IMG/VR virus record: IMGVR_UViG_3300032326_001284
Location: 1-53,335 of that record
Origin: a virus
Taxonomy: Duplodnaviria; Caudoviricetes
Strand: one strand, 5' to 3'
Length of the DNA stretch: 53,335 nt
The position numbers and the translations under genes were made by a program. Position 1 is the stretch's first letter; each line of letters starts with the position of its first letter. Positions 37,972 through 47,403 of the stretch are shown here, piece by piece. The notes beneath the pieces are model-generated. The model did no database searches. It saw only the letters and a list, made by a program, of their open reading frames with translations, and was not told where the DNA came from.

Positions 37972-38586
37972 ATGAAAAAAATGTTTTTTGATCTTGAGAC
38001 GACTGGTTTAGATAAAGTTGTCAATGGTATTCATCAGATCTCTGGTTGTATTGAGATTGATGGAGTAGTTGCTGAATACTTTAACTTTAAAGTGCAACCT
38101 AAAGAAGGTGCTGTCTATGATCCAGAAGCATTGCGTATTGGTAATGTTACTGAAAGTGATTTGAAAGCGTATACACCAATGAAAGAAACATATCATGCTT
38201 TTATAAACATGTTAGCAAAACATGTTGATAGATATGATACTGGAGATAAATTCTTTTTAGTTGGGTATAATAACGCAGCATTCGATAATCAATTTCTTCG
38301 CCAATGGTTTGCTGATAATGGTGATCAATATTTTGGATCATGGTTTTGGCCAAACACATTAGATGTTTATATTCTAGCAACACAACATCTCTTAGAAGAG
38401 AGACAGAGTATGAAAGATTTTAAATTAAAATCTGTTGCGGCTCATTTAGGTTTACTTATTACCGAAGATAAACTTCACGATGCTGAATATGATATTGAAC
38501 TAACAAGAAGTGTTTACCGAATTGTTACAAATCAAATAGCACCAAAGCAAGTAAGTTTTGCTGCTTTAGATGAACTACCATTCTAA
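37972..38586 (+). CDS. DEDDh 3'-5' exonuclease (DnaQ-like)
   Basis: DLETTG, YN..FD and HDAEYD motifs. Confidence 0.92.
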   Translation: MKKMFFDLETTGLDKVVNGIHQISGCIEIDGVVAEYFNFKVQPKEGAVYDPEALRIGNVTESDLKAYTPMKETYHAFINMLAKHVDRYDTGDKFFLVGYNNAAFDNQFLRQWFADNGDQYFGSWFWPNTLDVYILATQHLLEERQSMKDFKLKSVAAHLGLLITEDKLHDAEYDIELTRSVYRIVTNQIAPKQVSFAALDELPF

Positions 38587-38602
38587 TTTTAAAATAGATA
38601 AT

Positions 38603-39259
38603 ATGATTTACGTAAGTATTGATATCGAGACTTCTGGTTTGAATCACGATATGAACCATGTCTTGTCGATTGCCGCAATCGTTGAAGATACAAATAAAAA
38701 GTTACCATACGAAGAACTACCTAAGTTCAACGCAATAGTACTTCAGAATAATATTCAGGGGTCCCCAAGAGCAATTACAATGAATAAAGATATTATTTCT
38801 TTGATGGGTGATTATCTTGAAGGCACAAACGAAACCAGAGAACTTCTAAATAACAATAGTGGGTACAATTTTTATGAGGAAGAAGACGTTGTTAAAGAGT
38901 TTTATATGTTTCTTTGGTGTAATGGATTTGGTACTTTAGATTCAGCATCAACTCATGTGAATGGTAAATTAACTCCTATCATTGATAGTAGAACTAAACC
39001 AATCACATTAAATGTTGCAGGTAAAAACTTTGGTACATTTGATAAGTTGTTCTTACAAGAACTTCCTTGGTGGCAGAAGTTAATTAGAACTCGCCAAAGA
39101 GTTTTAGATCCAGCAATTCTATGTGTTGATTGGGTAAATGATAGTTCATTACCATCACTTACTGTTTGTAAGGAACGCAAAGGTGTTCAAGGTATTGTCA
39201 CCCATAATGCATTGGAAGATGCTTGGGATGTTATTGAAATTTTAAGAAAGTTTTATTAG
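38603..39259 (+). CDS. Second DEDDh exonuclease
   Basis: DIETSG, GKN..FD and HNALED motifs. Confidence 0.88.
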   Translation: MIYVSIDIETSGLNHDMNHVLSIAAIVEDTNKKLPYEELPKFNAIVLQNNIQGSPRAITMNKDIISLMGDYLEGTNETRELLNNNSGYNFYEEEDVVKEFYMFLWCNGFGTLDSASTHVNGKLTPIIDSRTKPITLNVAGKNFGTFDKLFLQELPWWQKLIRTRQRVLDPAILCVDWVNDSSLPSLTVCKERKGVQGIVTHNALEDAWDVIEILRKFY

Positions 39260-39260
39260 G

Positions 39261-39518
39261 ATGACTAAAAAATATGAAATGTTTTTTGTATCAGAACCAG
39301 GTGATGATATAAAAATTGATGGTTGGTGCCCTATTGATGTCAATAGGTTAAATAATCCAGAGAAGTTAGATGATTTTATTTCTGCTGGGATTATTAGAGA
39401 ATATTTTTACTGCAAGAAAATAATGGATGGTTCTGAAACAGAAAGATGTTCAGATCAATGCGGACGTTGTGGTAGATACGAAGACGAGTTAAACAATATT
39501 TCTAACCCTAAAAAATAA
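39261..39518 (+). CDS. Hypothetical Cys-rich protein
   Basis: C..QC..C motif. Confidence 0.55.
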   Translation: MTKKYEMFFVSEPGDDIKIDGWCPIDVNRLNNPEKLDDFISAGIIREYFYCKKIMDGSETERCSDQCGRCGRYEDELNNISNPKK

Positions 39519-39794
39519 ATGAAAAAAACTATTGTATTAGCGTTGTTATTGGGAGTGGTAACACCGGCTGTGGCGATTCGTGAGAGGTATAAAATAATGA
39601 TTAGACAAGATTTTGAAGGTAGGAATTGGTACTATCCAATGAAAAAAACCAATACTGGTTACATATTTAAAACCTGGGTGATTGCTTGGCCATCCCTAAC
39701 AGAAGACGGTGCTAAAAAAACAATAGATGATTGGAAATTTGATGACGAGCAAACGAGGTTAATGAATAAGAAAAAGTACATTTATATTAATTAA
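39519..39794 (+). CDS. Exported hypothetical protein
   Basis: Signal peptide ending AVA. Confidence 0.6.
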   Translation: MKKTIVLALLLGVVTPAVAIRERYKIMIRQDFEGRNWYYPMKKTNTGYIFKTWVIAWPSLTEDGAKKTIDDWKFDDEQTRLMNKKKYIYIN

Positions 39795-39987
39795 TATGAA
39801 AAAACTACCCCCCATATGGTTATGTAAACTCCTCAGTATTATGTCAGCATTTATACTGGGGGGTTTCTGTACTCAGGAGTATAAGTTTAACCAACCTGTG
39901 GAGTTGTATAAGTACTTATTTACCTTTCTTTTAGGTTATTTATTCTACTTACTTGGCGAAAGAAAAGAATAGTGGATATTTATATTT

Positions 39988-40242
39988 ATGAAACTTACAG
40001 AAATAGCCAAGACAGTAATGAACGAATATAGTTACAACGGTAAATACGAAGGGGACGAGATCCGTGTTGGCTCATTTTCTAGAAGAAAACTACCGTCTCC
40101 AGTTCTGACTAACGTGTTAAGAGCAATATCTCAAAAGGTTTACGGTACAGCAACAAAAGCCAAATATCTTAATGGTGAATACAATGATATTGAAATAAAA
40201 CTATTTGGCCAACTTATCTCAGCCCTTAACGGGACCTATTAA
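39988..40242 (+). CDS. Hypothetical protein with MKLTE leader
   Basis: TATTTATA starts 11 nt upstream. Confidence 0.6.
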   Translation: MKLTEIAKTVMNEYSYNGKYEGDEIRVGSFSRRKLPSPVLTNVLRAISQKVYGTATKAKYLNGEYNDIEIKLFGQLISALNGTY

Positions 40243-40299
40243 AAAATATTTTTTGATTTCACAAAATACCATATATTTGTTAAAATAAATTTCAAGTAT

Positions 40300-40719
40300 A
40301 TGAGTAAAGAAACCGTGATCAAAATCAACCCCTACGTTTTTCCTGGAATTAGGAAAAGAGATCTCCCAAGACAAAAGTTTCCCTTTTTATTTGACGATTC
40401 AAAAGAGCCAGAGAAGGTATTCACAATGACTGACATGGATATACTCAATATTGTTTCAGAAACATGTGGTGTCACTGCTGAACAAGTTATATCTCAAATG
40501 AGAGATCGTAATATTGTAGATGCAAGAAAGATATTCAGTGCGGTTATGAAAAAGAAGAAGAAATATGCGTTGGTAAAAATTGGTAGGATAATTGGTGATA
40601 GAGACCATACAACTATTAGACATGAGGTGATTGAATATGAATCATTATATCGACATGAAGATGCATTTAAATTTAAAGCAGATGCGGTAATGTCTGCATT
40701 GGATATAAAAACATTGTAG
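40300..40719 (+). CDS. Stand-alone DnaA C-terminal (domain IV) HTH protein
   Basis: R.R.IV.AR.I...L..IG...RDHTTI pattern. Confidence 0.8.
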   Translation: MSKETVIKINPYVFPGIRKRDLPRQKFPFLFDDSKEPEKVFTMTDMDILNIVSETCGVTAEQVISQMRDRNIVDARKIFSAVMKKKKKYALVKIGRIIGDRDHTTIRHEVIEYESLYRHEDAFKFKADAVMSALDIKTL

Positions 40720-40762
40720 ATATTTTTTTTATTGGAAATTTTTAAATATATTAGATTACAGC

Positions 40763-40790
40763 GATAAGCTCTTCGGGGCTTATCATTTTT
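40763..40790 (+). terminator. UUCG hairpin with T tract
   Basis: GATAAGCTC-TTCG-GGGCTTATC-ATTTTT. Confidence 0.65.
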
Positions 40791-40804
40791 AAGTAATTTA
40801 ATAT

Positions 40805-41788
40805 ATGAAACAAAAAGTTATTTATTTAAGCGCCGCACAAGTACTATACATCTATGAAGATTTGAAGGCGAATGGATATTACGAATTCTACATTACACTA
40901 AAGATAATTGACGAAGCTCAATTAGATTACACTTTTCTAGCAAAACTATCTTGGAAAGATCTCCTATCTGGAGACGAAGTTGTTGATGTTAGTGGAATCA
41001 AAAATAAAACATATTACTTAAGCGAAGATCTTCGTGATGAAATAGGATCTGTATTAGAGATTATGAATGTATATAATCTTAATGATAAGATTATTAAAAC
41101 ATCTGCAAGAGAATTAATTAAACATCTTTGTACGTATGAAAGAATACGCCACTACAAAGAATCTTTTGGTAATTTCAGAATAGATTTTTTTAGAGAATAC
41201 AGTGTTGATGTAAATGGTATCAAGACGTATATGATGAGAACCATCGACGACCTTGATGATATCATAACCGGTGATGAAAACATTTCATTATGTTTTTTAT
41301 ATGTCGCCACTTTCTGGGACAAATTTCATGATAAGAGGCCAGAACAATTCAAACTAAACTGGCCAGATAAGAAAATAGGTATATCTAAAGTGATAGAAGA
41401 ACGTATGGATAATCTATCAAAAGATAAAAATCACGGAGGAACATTATCACCACTGTATGTTAAAGCGTTGAGGGCTTGGGTGCTTCCAACGAAGTTATGT
41501 AAAGAAACTGAAAGAGTTCTACACAAATATTTTGAAGAAAGAAAATCTGATAACGATTTGTATCTTATGGGTAGAACCGAGGGAGAGTGGTTTACCGATT
41601 ACTCCAATGATTTAATTCCATATGTTGAGAAGCATATGAAAAAACTAAAACGCCAGGGCCACCAGGTTATTAAAGTGGATATAAATGAAACTAATGATGA
41701 TGTTTCATATGTGTATGAATTAAAGAAATCATTTAAAGATCAACTAATTATAGAAGAGGTTTCAGAGGGGATTAAACTACAAATGTAG
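40805..41788 (+). CDS. T5orf172/GIY-YIG-like nuclease domain protein
   Basis: KIGIS...R...L, E..LH..F and EWF motifs. Confidence 0.7.
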   Translation: MKQKVIYLSAAQVLYIYEDLKANGYYEFYITLKIIDEAQLDYTFLAKLSWKDLLSGDEVVDVSGIKNKTYYLSEDLRDEIGSVLEIMNVYNLNDKIIKTSARELIKHLCTYERIRHYKESFGNFRIDFFREYSVDVNGIKTYMMRTIDDLDDIITGDENISLCFLYVATFWDKFHDKRPEQFKLNWPDKKIGISKVIEERMDNLSKDKNHGGTLSPLYVKALRAWVLPTKLCKETERVLHKYFEERKSDNDLYLMGRTEGEWFTDYSNDLIPYVEKHMKKLKRQGHQVIKVDINETNDDVSYVYELKKSFKDQLIIEEVSEGIKLQM

Positions 41789-41827
41789 TAGCAGGATAAA
41801 ACTTTTTTATAAGGATGATACTTTTTC

Positions 41828-41856
41828 TTGACTTTTACATATTTATTAAGTATATT
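41828..41856 (+). promoter_or_regulatory. Promoter TTGACT-N17-TATATT
   Basis: Consensus spacing upstream of the HNH gene. Confidence 0.6.
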
Positions 41857-41895
41857 AATTAATATAATAATAAAATTCATTTTTAAACAAAAACA

Positions 41896-42591
41896 ATGGA
41901 AACAAAATTTAATTTATCACTGGAAAACATTCCTGGAGAAATCTGGTTACCGGTGAAAGGGTTTGAATCCCACTACTTAATCTCCTCTGAAGGGCGCTTA
42001 AAATCATTATCAAGAACAATTCCTCACAACCGATTCAAAGGTGTGATGGTTAACAGGGTTGAGCATATCATGAGACCAAAAGTCATGAAGACTACTGGAT
42101 ATGCTAACTATCAATTAAGAATAACTAATCAATATGGTAAAGCAGTTACAAAAGTTGCTACCGTACACAGATTTGTTGCAGAATATTTTATTGCAAATCC
42201 ATTTAATAAACCACAAGTAAACCACAAAAATGGTGACAAGTTGGATAACAGAATGGCTAATTTGGAATGGGCAACCAGAAATGAAAACGCTAGACATTCA
42301 CATTTGGTTCTAGGTAACCCATCGACAGTGGGTAAGAAAATCTGGAGAAGTAAAATAGATGGTTCTGATTACCAGACATTTGAAGCAATTTATGCTGGTA
42401 TGAGAGACATTTTAGGTGATGTTCATAGCCGTAAAATTAGAGACAAGAAATGGAATATTAGAAGAGCTATAAGAAAAAACGGAACAGCATATGGTTATAA
42501 ATGGGGTTATGTTTATGATGACGATGCTCCTCAAAAAGCAATTTCAGCACTAGAGTCCATGATCAATAAGCTCAGAGGATTTATTAAATAA
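41896..42591 (+). CDS. NUMOD4-HNH homing endonuclease (free-standing)
   Basis: EIW..V.GFE..Y.ISS.GR; VHR.VA..F; VNHKNGDK.DN...NLEW. Confidence 0.92.
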   Translation: METKFNLSLENIPGEIWLPVKGFESHYLISSEGRLKSLSRTIPHNRFKGVMVNRVEHIMRPKVMKTTGYANYQLRITNQYGKAVTKVATVHRFVAEYFIANPFNKPQVNHKNGDKLDNRMANLEWATRNENARHSHLVLGNPSTVGKKIWRSKIDGSDYQTFEAIYAGMRDILGDVHSRKIRDKKWNIRRAIRKNGTAYGYKWGYVYDDDAPQKAISALESMINKLRGFIK

Positions 42592-42622
42592 TTTTTTAAT
42601 CTATATTAAAATTATTTTTTTT

Positions 42623-42652
42623 AAACCCCCTCGAATTTCGGGGGGTTTTTTT
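42623..42652 (+). terminator. Intrinsic terminator
   Basis: AAACCCCCTCGA-AT-TTCGGGGGGTTT followed by a T tract. Confidence 0.8.
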
Positions 42653-42699
42653 GTGATATCACAAAAAATGTATACATTTGCTTATAAAACAATAAAAAC

Positions 42700-43125
42700 A
42701 TGAACAAACCTACCTTTTTAGATGAACTGTTAAAAGATTTTGAAGATCTGAAAACACATCCAATTTATTCTAAAATGCCACCAGTCATTTTTGATGATTC
42801 AATAAAACTCCTTACTAAACTTGCTAAGGGTGAATGTACAATAGATACCATTTTAGATGGTGCAACAGATAGAGAAAAGAAATCATATCATTTCTTATTA
42901 GCCGCTGTTGATAGTGTTGAAAAAATTAAAGAGGCTATTTCATCTCCAGACGTGTTAGAAAAAATGAGAGAGAATAGTAATTCTTTTATGTTAAAAGTTG
43001 TTGATGGTGATATTGAAACTCCAAAAGAACTTTCTAAAATTTATATTGACAAATATAAAGAAACAATGTTAGAGAAAGAAAACTATGAAGAACTAGAAAG
43101 ACTAAAAAAAGCAAACAAGATTTAA
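42700..43125 (+). CDS. Hypothetical protein with UVR-like C-terminus
   Basis: ENYE tail; TTTG-N19-TACATTTG upstream. Confidence 0.6.
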   Translation: MNKPTFLDELLKDFEDLKTHPIYSKMPPVIFDDSIKLLTKLAKGECTIDTILDGATDREKKSYHFLLAAVDSVEKIKEAISSPDVLEKMRENSNSFMLKVVDGDIETPKELSKIYIDKYKETMLEKENYEELERLKKANKI

Positions 43126-43141
43126 TAATAAAACCTATACT

Positions 43142-43441
43142 ATGAGAACATATCAATTTAGTTCAGCGATAACAAGATTCGGTCCGATTCTTACGCCGGA
43201 GAAATTAATCATTAATGATCAATTTGTTATCTGGTCACAAAACAAAGGTGCAACTAGTTTATTTTTGGCTAGTAGTAAAATTATTATTCCAAGAAACACT
43301 ATATCAGCAATTGAACTTGATGGTGGGTTAGTTGGTACAGATGTTTATATATTTAGTTTCGGTGGCCAGCACATTAGATGTAAGAACTTTACAATCAGTG
43401 ATGCAAAAGCTATTAAACATATCTTAACAACACAACCATAG
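43142..43441 (+). CDS. Bacterial PH-domain-like protein
   Basis: Beta-rich pattern I.R..IS.IE...G with a terminal helix. Confidence 0.5.
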   Translation: MRTYQFSSAITRFGPILTPEKLIINDQFVIWSQNKGATSLFLASSKIIIPRNTISAIELDGGLVGTDVYIFSFGGQHIRCKNFTISDAKAIKHILTTQP

Positions 43442-43442
43442 T

Positions 43443-43982
43443 ATGCTTCAAACTCTAGATTTATTTCCAACTAAATTATTCATTAAGAATGTACAATTAG
43501 ACAATCAAAAGATGATTGAAGAATTGTATCGCTTAAGAGTTTCAGAGAACAAGCCGACGCCACCTAATTCAAATCCATGGCAATCGGATAGACACATTGA
43601 TACTAACGAATCATTCTATGATTTGGTTTCGTCTTTGAAGTTAATGGTGTGGCAAATATTCAATTCTAATTGTAAAATATTAGAAATGTGGGGAAGTATC
43701 TATGAGAAGGGTCAATATAATAATGTACATAATCACCCACCATTGAATGCATCATATCATGATAATCCATTGTGGGTTGGAGCGTATTATTTAAAGACAT
43801 CTAATAATAGTGGTGGATTTAACATCCATTCACCGGTTAACTGTTCAAATAGAGAAACATTCTTCCCGAAAGAAGGTGACTTCTATATTTTTAATTCAAC
43901 AACTTATCATAGTGTTCATCCTAATGATGAAGATACTAATAGATTGTGCGTTGCTTTTAATTTAGAATTAATAAATGGATAA
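43443..43982 (+). CDS. 2OG-Fe(II) oxygenase (TIGR02466-like)
   Basis: HNH, YYL, F.S...HSV.PN and R..VAFN motifs. Confidence 0.82.
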   Translation: MLQTLDLFPTKLFIKNVQLDNQKMIEELYRLRVSENKPTPPNSNPWQSDRHIDTNESFYDLVSSLKLMVWQIFNSNCKILEMWGSIYEKGQYNNVHNHPPLNASYHDNPLWVGAYYLKTSNNSGGFNIHSPVNCSNRETFFPKEGDFYIFNSTTYHSVHPNDEDTNRLCVAFNLELING

Positions 43983-44688
43983 AAAAAGATTGGTAGTATG
44001 TGGTGATAGTTTTATGTCACCAACAAGTAATTTACCGGGTACACATTTTTCTGAAATAATATCAGAAGAATTGAATATGGAACTAATTCCTTTGTCTCGT
44101 TCGGCCATGAGTAACGGTGGAATAGTTTCACAGCTCGAGTATGCATTGACATTAGACCCGTCTTTTATATTGTTTAATACAACCTTTGCTGATAGAATCG
44201 AGTTTACATTAACGAATGATAATCTTTTGGATGGTGATCGTGATTTGACTTGTAAAGATTTCTATTATGGTGAAAGAAAAGATTATAGTTGTGATCTTAT
44301 GCGCGATAACGTTCCATTAATTGGTTCTGAATCAATTGAATCTTTGGTTAGGAATGATGGTTTCTTTAAAAGTAAAATGGAATCTGCTAATTTATTTTTA
44401 AATAACATTTATAATAGAAGATGGAAGATACAAACAGATAAGCATCTTATATATTCAATCACACACAGAATGTTTTTAAAAAGAATACCATTCATATTGA
44501 TGTTGGATATTATAAATGCAGGAGAAAACATGGCGTGGTTACCGGAAACACATCGTGGATTTGATTGGACTATGTTGGATAACATAAGATTACTTAACAA
44601 ACCAATTAACTACTCAGATCCTGGATATCACACAACTGTTGAGGTTCAAGAAGTTGTTGCAAAACACACAATAAAAAAAATTAACTAA
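43975..44688 (+). CDS. SGNH-like protein, paralog of 25834-26634
   Basis: CGDSFMS, HFSEI, DRIE and DPGYH motifs. Confidence 0.65.
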   Translation: MDKKRLVVCGDSFMSPTSNLPGTHFSEIISEELNMELIPLSRSAMSNGGIVSQLEYALTLDPSFILFNTTFADRIEFTLTNDNLLDGDRDLTCKDFYYGERKDYSCDLMRDNVPLIGSESIESLVRNDGFFKSKMESANLFLNNIYNRRWKIQTDKHLIYSITHRMFLKRIPFILMLDIINAGENMAWLPETHRGFDWTMLDNIRLLNKPINYSDPGYHTTVEVQEVVAKHTIKKIN

Positions 44689-45348
44689 ATGATAGACAAT
44701 TTAGAACTTATTAAACCGTTATTAAACTTTGAAGATCATGAAGATTTCTATATGCTTTATGTTTTCAAACGCAAGAAGGACCAACCAGAAGGAGAAAGGG
44801 ATAACCATCAATCGGTTAGAACTATTAAATCATATTGCATAACATCAATTGCATATCTCGATATGCGATATGATGAGATCAAGATGTTATGTGAGGTGTT
44901 TAAGGCAAGAGCATATATCCACATACAGAAACAAAACCATAAAGATGTTTCTCTGGAAATGATGATGTCTTTATCACAAAGATTGGTTAATAAACAAAAC
45001 AATCAAAAGAATTTATTTGATAGTGTTGTTGGTCAAATGAGAACACTTGAGAAGAGATGGGTTGTTGATATTGATCAGAAAGAAATATCGCCATTGATGA
45101 TTTCACATATTGAATATGTTTGTAAACCAATCACCGAAATCAGTTTTGATCAAGCGGGAATGCCAAACGGATATGAGAGTGGGCCCAAAGTGGAAGCAAT
45201 CATTCCAACAAAGAACGGACATCATTTAATTACAAAAAGATTTGATGTACAAGCATTTAAAGAAAAATACCCAGATGTTGATATTCAAAAGAAGAATCCA
45301 ACATTATTATATTATCCAAACTCATTAGATCAAAATGCAAACGTTTAA
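44689..45348 (+). CDS. Conserved phage protein with AEP/prim-pol-like motifs
   Basis: VVDID and PTKNGHHLI motifs. Confidence 0.5.
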   Translation: MIDNLELIKPLLNFEDHEDFYMLYVFKRKKDQPEGERDNHQSVRTIKSYCITSIAYLDMRYDEIKMLCEVFKARAYIHIQKQNHKDVSLEMMMSLSQRLVNKQNNQKNLFDSVVGQMRTLEKRWVVDIDQKEISPLMISHIEYVCKPITEISFDQAGMPNGYESGPKVEAIIPTKNGHHLITKRFDVQAFKEKYPDVDIQKKNPTLLYYPNSLDQNANV

Positions 45349-45553
45349 GTATTTTCCAAAGAACATTTTTAAAGATAAATGTAGATTAGAAATGGGTTCA
45401 ACATTTATTTTTAAAGGTTATTATTGTATTGTGACTCGATTAAAATTTAATTGGTTTGAATTTACTATTCAGGAAAATAATAGAGTTTGTCATATGAGTT
45501 ATAAGTTTTATTTAACAACACCGTCTGCTGCTGGTAGAAAACTAAATCGATAA
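45335..45553 (+). CDS. Hypothetical protein
   Basis: Coupled ORF. Confidence 0.5.
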   Translation: MQTFKYFPKNIFKDKCRLEMGSTFIFKGYYCIVTRLKFNWFEFTIQENNRVCHMSYKFYLTTPSAAGRKLNR

Positions 45554-45554
45554 C

Positions 45555-45755
45555 ATGGAACAATTCAATTACGTTATAGCAAGAAGATGGGAAAAAGAAA
45601 AGAATCAGTTAAATTGCTACACATATTTTAACACGGTTTTCTATGGAGATATGGAAGATGCTAGAAATACTTTAGAGTTCATTCGTGGCAGAGCAGATGA
45701 AGATAAAGCACATGAATTTGAGATTTATAAAATAGGTGACGAGCCTTTAAAATAA
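45555..45755 (+). CDS. Hypothetical protein
   Basis: Coupled ORF. Confidence 0.55.
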   Translation: MEQFNYVIARRWEKEKNQLNCYTYFNTVFYGDMEDARNTLEFIRGRADEDKAHEFEIYKIGDEPLK

Positions 45756-45897
45756 AACAATATGGATATCAATAACAAACTATTTTTTTTTAGTATTAGG
45801 AAAGCTAAAGATTGTTTATTCTCTAGAAGAAACGGTTACCAAGGTGTTTTATTATTTGGTTACTCAATTTATTTTACTTTTAAAAAATAACATAATC

Positions 45898-46101
45898 ATG
45901 AGATTATTTGAATACAAAGAACTAAACAAAAAAGAGCATTACATAACAACAGAGGATTTAAATCGTCTTGGTCAAGAAGGTTGGGAGCTTGTTATGTGTG
46001 ATTCCGGTAACTATATCTTTAAAAGAGAGATCACCGATACATTGAAGAACGATCCGTGGGGAGACATTGGAACACCAAGATATAGACCTAACGGCGAATA
46101 A
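45898..46101 (+). CDS. DUF4177-like protein
   Basis: FEYK...LNRLGQEGWELV...FKR pattern. Confidence 0.7.
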   Translation: MRLFEYKELNKKEHYITTEDLNRLGQEGWELVMCDSGNYIFKREITDTLKNDPWGDIGTPRYRPNGE

Positions 46102-46182
46102 ACTTCCGACTTTGGCAGCATTTTACTACCGAGTTTGGCCAAAAATTCACACCACATATATAGTGGGCGTATATTTATTATT

Positions 46183-46737
46183 ATGAAAAATCAAACATTA
46201 AACGAAGAATTATCCCGTATTAAGAATATCATGGGTGTGGCGATCAATGAATCGCCAGATAGACGCGAACCAGAACCACCATCTGATGAAGCCAGAGAGA
46301 TAGCAAAGAAAGTACTATCAGATGTTATGAATCGTGAAGTTAAATATCTATTTGACGATTACGATTTTAATAATGGCGAGATAATGATTTCATTTGGCCA
46401 TGATGATGGTGAAACTGTAACTTATTATTTAGACACAGATGTTACTTCTCATTCATCTTTTACACCAGGACGTAGCCACATGCCAAACGGCGATCCAGGT
46501 TATCCTGATGAAGGTACAGATGCAGATTACGATTTAGGGGTTAGCATGGTTGAAATCGAAAATAATGGCGCTATTGTATATAAAGGAAAAGATTTCACCG
46601 ACATTATGGATATGCCATTATCAGATGAAAGTACAGTTGGCGATAGAATACACAATCAATTTGATGAGAAAATTAGAGAATGGGAATCAGAATATGATAG
46701 TGAGCCGGACTATGATGATTACAGATATGAAGATTAA
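46183..46737 (+). CDS. Acidic protein with LNEELSRIK leader
   Basis: TATTTAT starts 11 nt upstream of ATG 46183. Confidence 0.7.
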   Translation: MKNQTLNEELSRIKNIMGVAINESPDRREPEPPSDEAREIAKKVLSDVMNREVKYLFDDYDFNNGEIMISFGHDDGETVTYYLDTDVTSHSSFTPGRSHMPNGDPGYPDEGTDADYDLGVSMVEIENNGAIVYKGKDFTDIMDMPLSDESTVGDRIHNQFDEKIREWESEYDSEPDYDDYRYED

Positions 46738-46753
46738 TATTGGTCCAAAATAA

Positions 46754-46780
46754 AAAAACCCCTTTAATAAGGGGGTTTTT
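46754..46780. terminator. Bidirectional terminator
   Basis: AAAAACCCCTT-TAAT-AAGGGGGTTTTT between convergent genes. Confidence 0.8.
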
Positions 46781-46799
46781 AATATATGTCCATTAACAA

Positions 46800-47309
46800 T
46801 TAGAATATTGGATCTGTACAGTTTCTTCTTCTATCTGGGTTATTACGTAACCAAGACTTAACTAGGTAATAGATGATAAACCCTAAGATTATTGCTGACA
46901 TAGCAATGAATAAAGCCCAACCTAATGATACACCGAATACCATTGTGGTAGATAGAGCTGCTTGTTCTTGCATTTCATCTTTAGATGCCATCGCTTCTTT
47001 AATCTTTCTTTTTTCTTGTTTCAATTGATCAGGAGTAGCTTTTTTCATTGCTTCAACTATCTGTGCAATTTTACTCTTACCTTCTTGACCAAATTTTTGT
47101 TCGATTTCAGGACCAACTTGTACAGCTGGTGCTTGATCTGATTGTGCTTCACAAGAGATTTCTTTATATTCCTGAACGGTTAACTCTTCATCAGCTTCTT
47201 GGTTAAAAGCTTCTGTATCTTGTTGCCATAAAGCCATCATGTTGCTTTCATCTTCATTTATGTTCATGATTTGCTTTATTCTACTAATCTGCTCGTTTAA
47301 TGTTTTCAT
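46800..47309 (-). CDS. Protein with LNEQISRIK leader and C-terminal transmembrane helix
   Basis: Leader motif; hydrophobic C-terminal helix. Confidence 0.7.
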   Translation of the reverse strand: MKTLNEQISRIKQIMNINEDESNMMALWQQDTEAFNQEADEELTVQEYKEISCEAQSDQAPAVQVGPEIEQKFGQEGKSKIAQIVEAMKKATPDQLKQEKRKIKEAMASKDEMQEQAALSTTMVFGVSLGWALFIAMSAIILGFIIYYLVKSWLRNNPDRRRNCTDPIF

Positions 47310-47403
47310 TATATATCTTTTATAGTATATAAATATAGTTATTTTTTAAATGATATAATAATTTGGTAATAAATTTTTGTTTATAAGGTGGCTATTTATC
47401 TGA

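Noticed and set aside
41896-42591. Group I intron around the HNH gene
   Set aside because: Flanking genes are not split and the gene has its own promoter and terminator
46106-46140. CCGA(C/G)TTTGGC repeated twice with a weak hairpin, possible ncRNA
   Set aside because: Short and imperfect, with no family features; cannot be supported without covariation data
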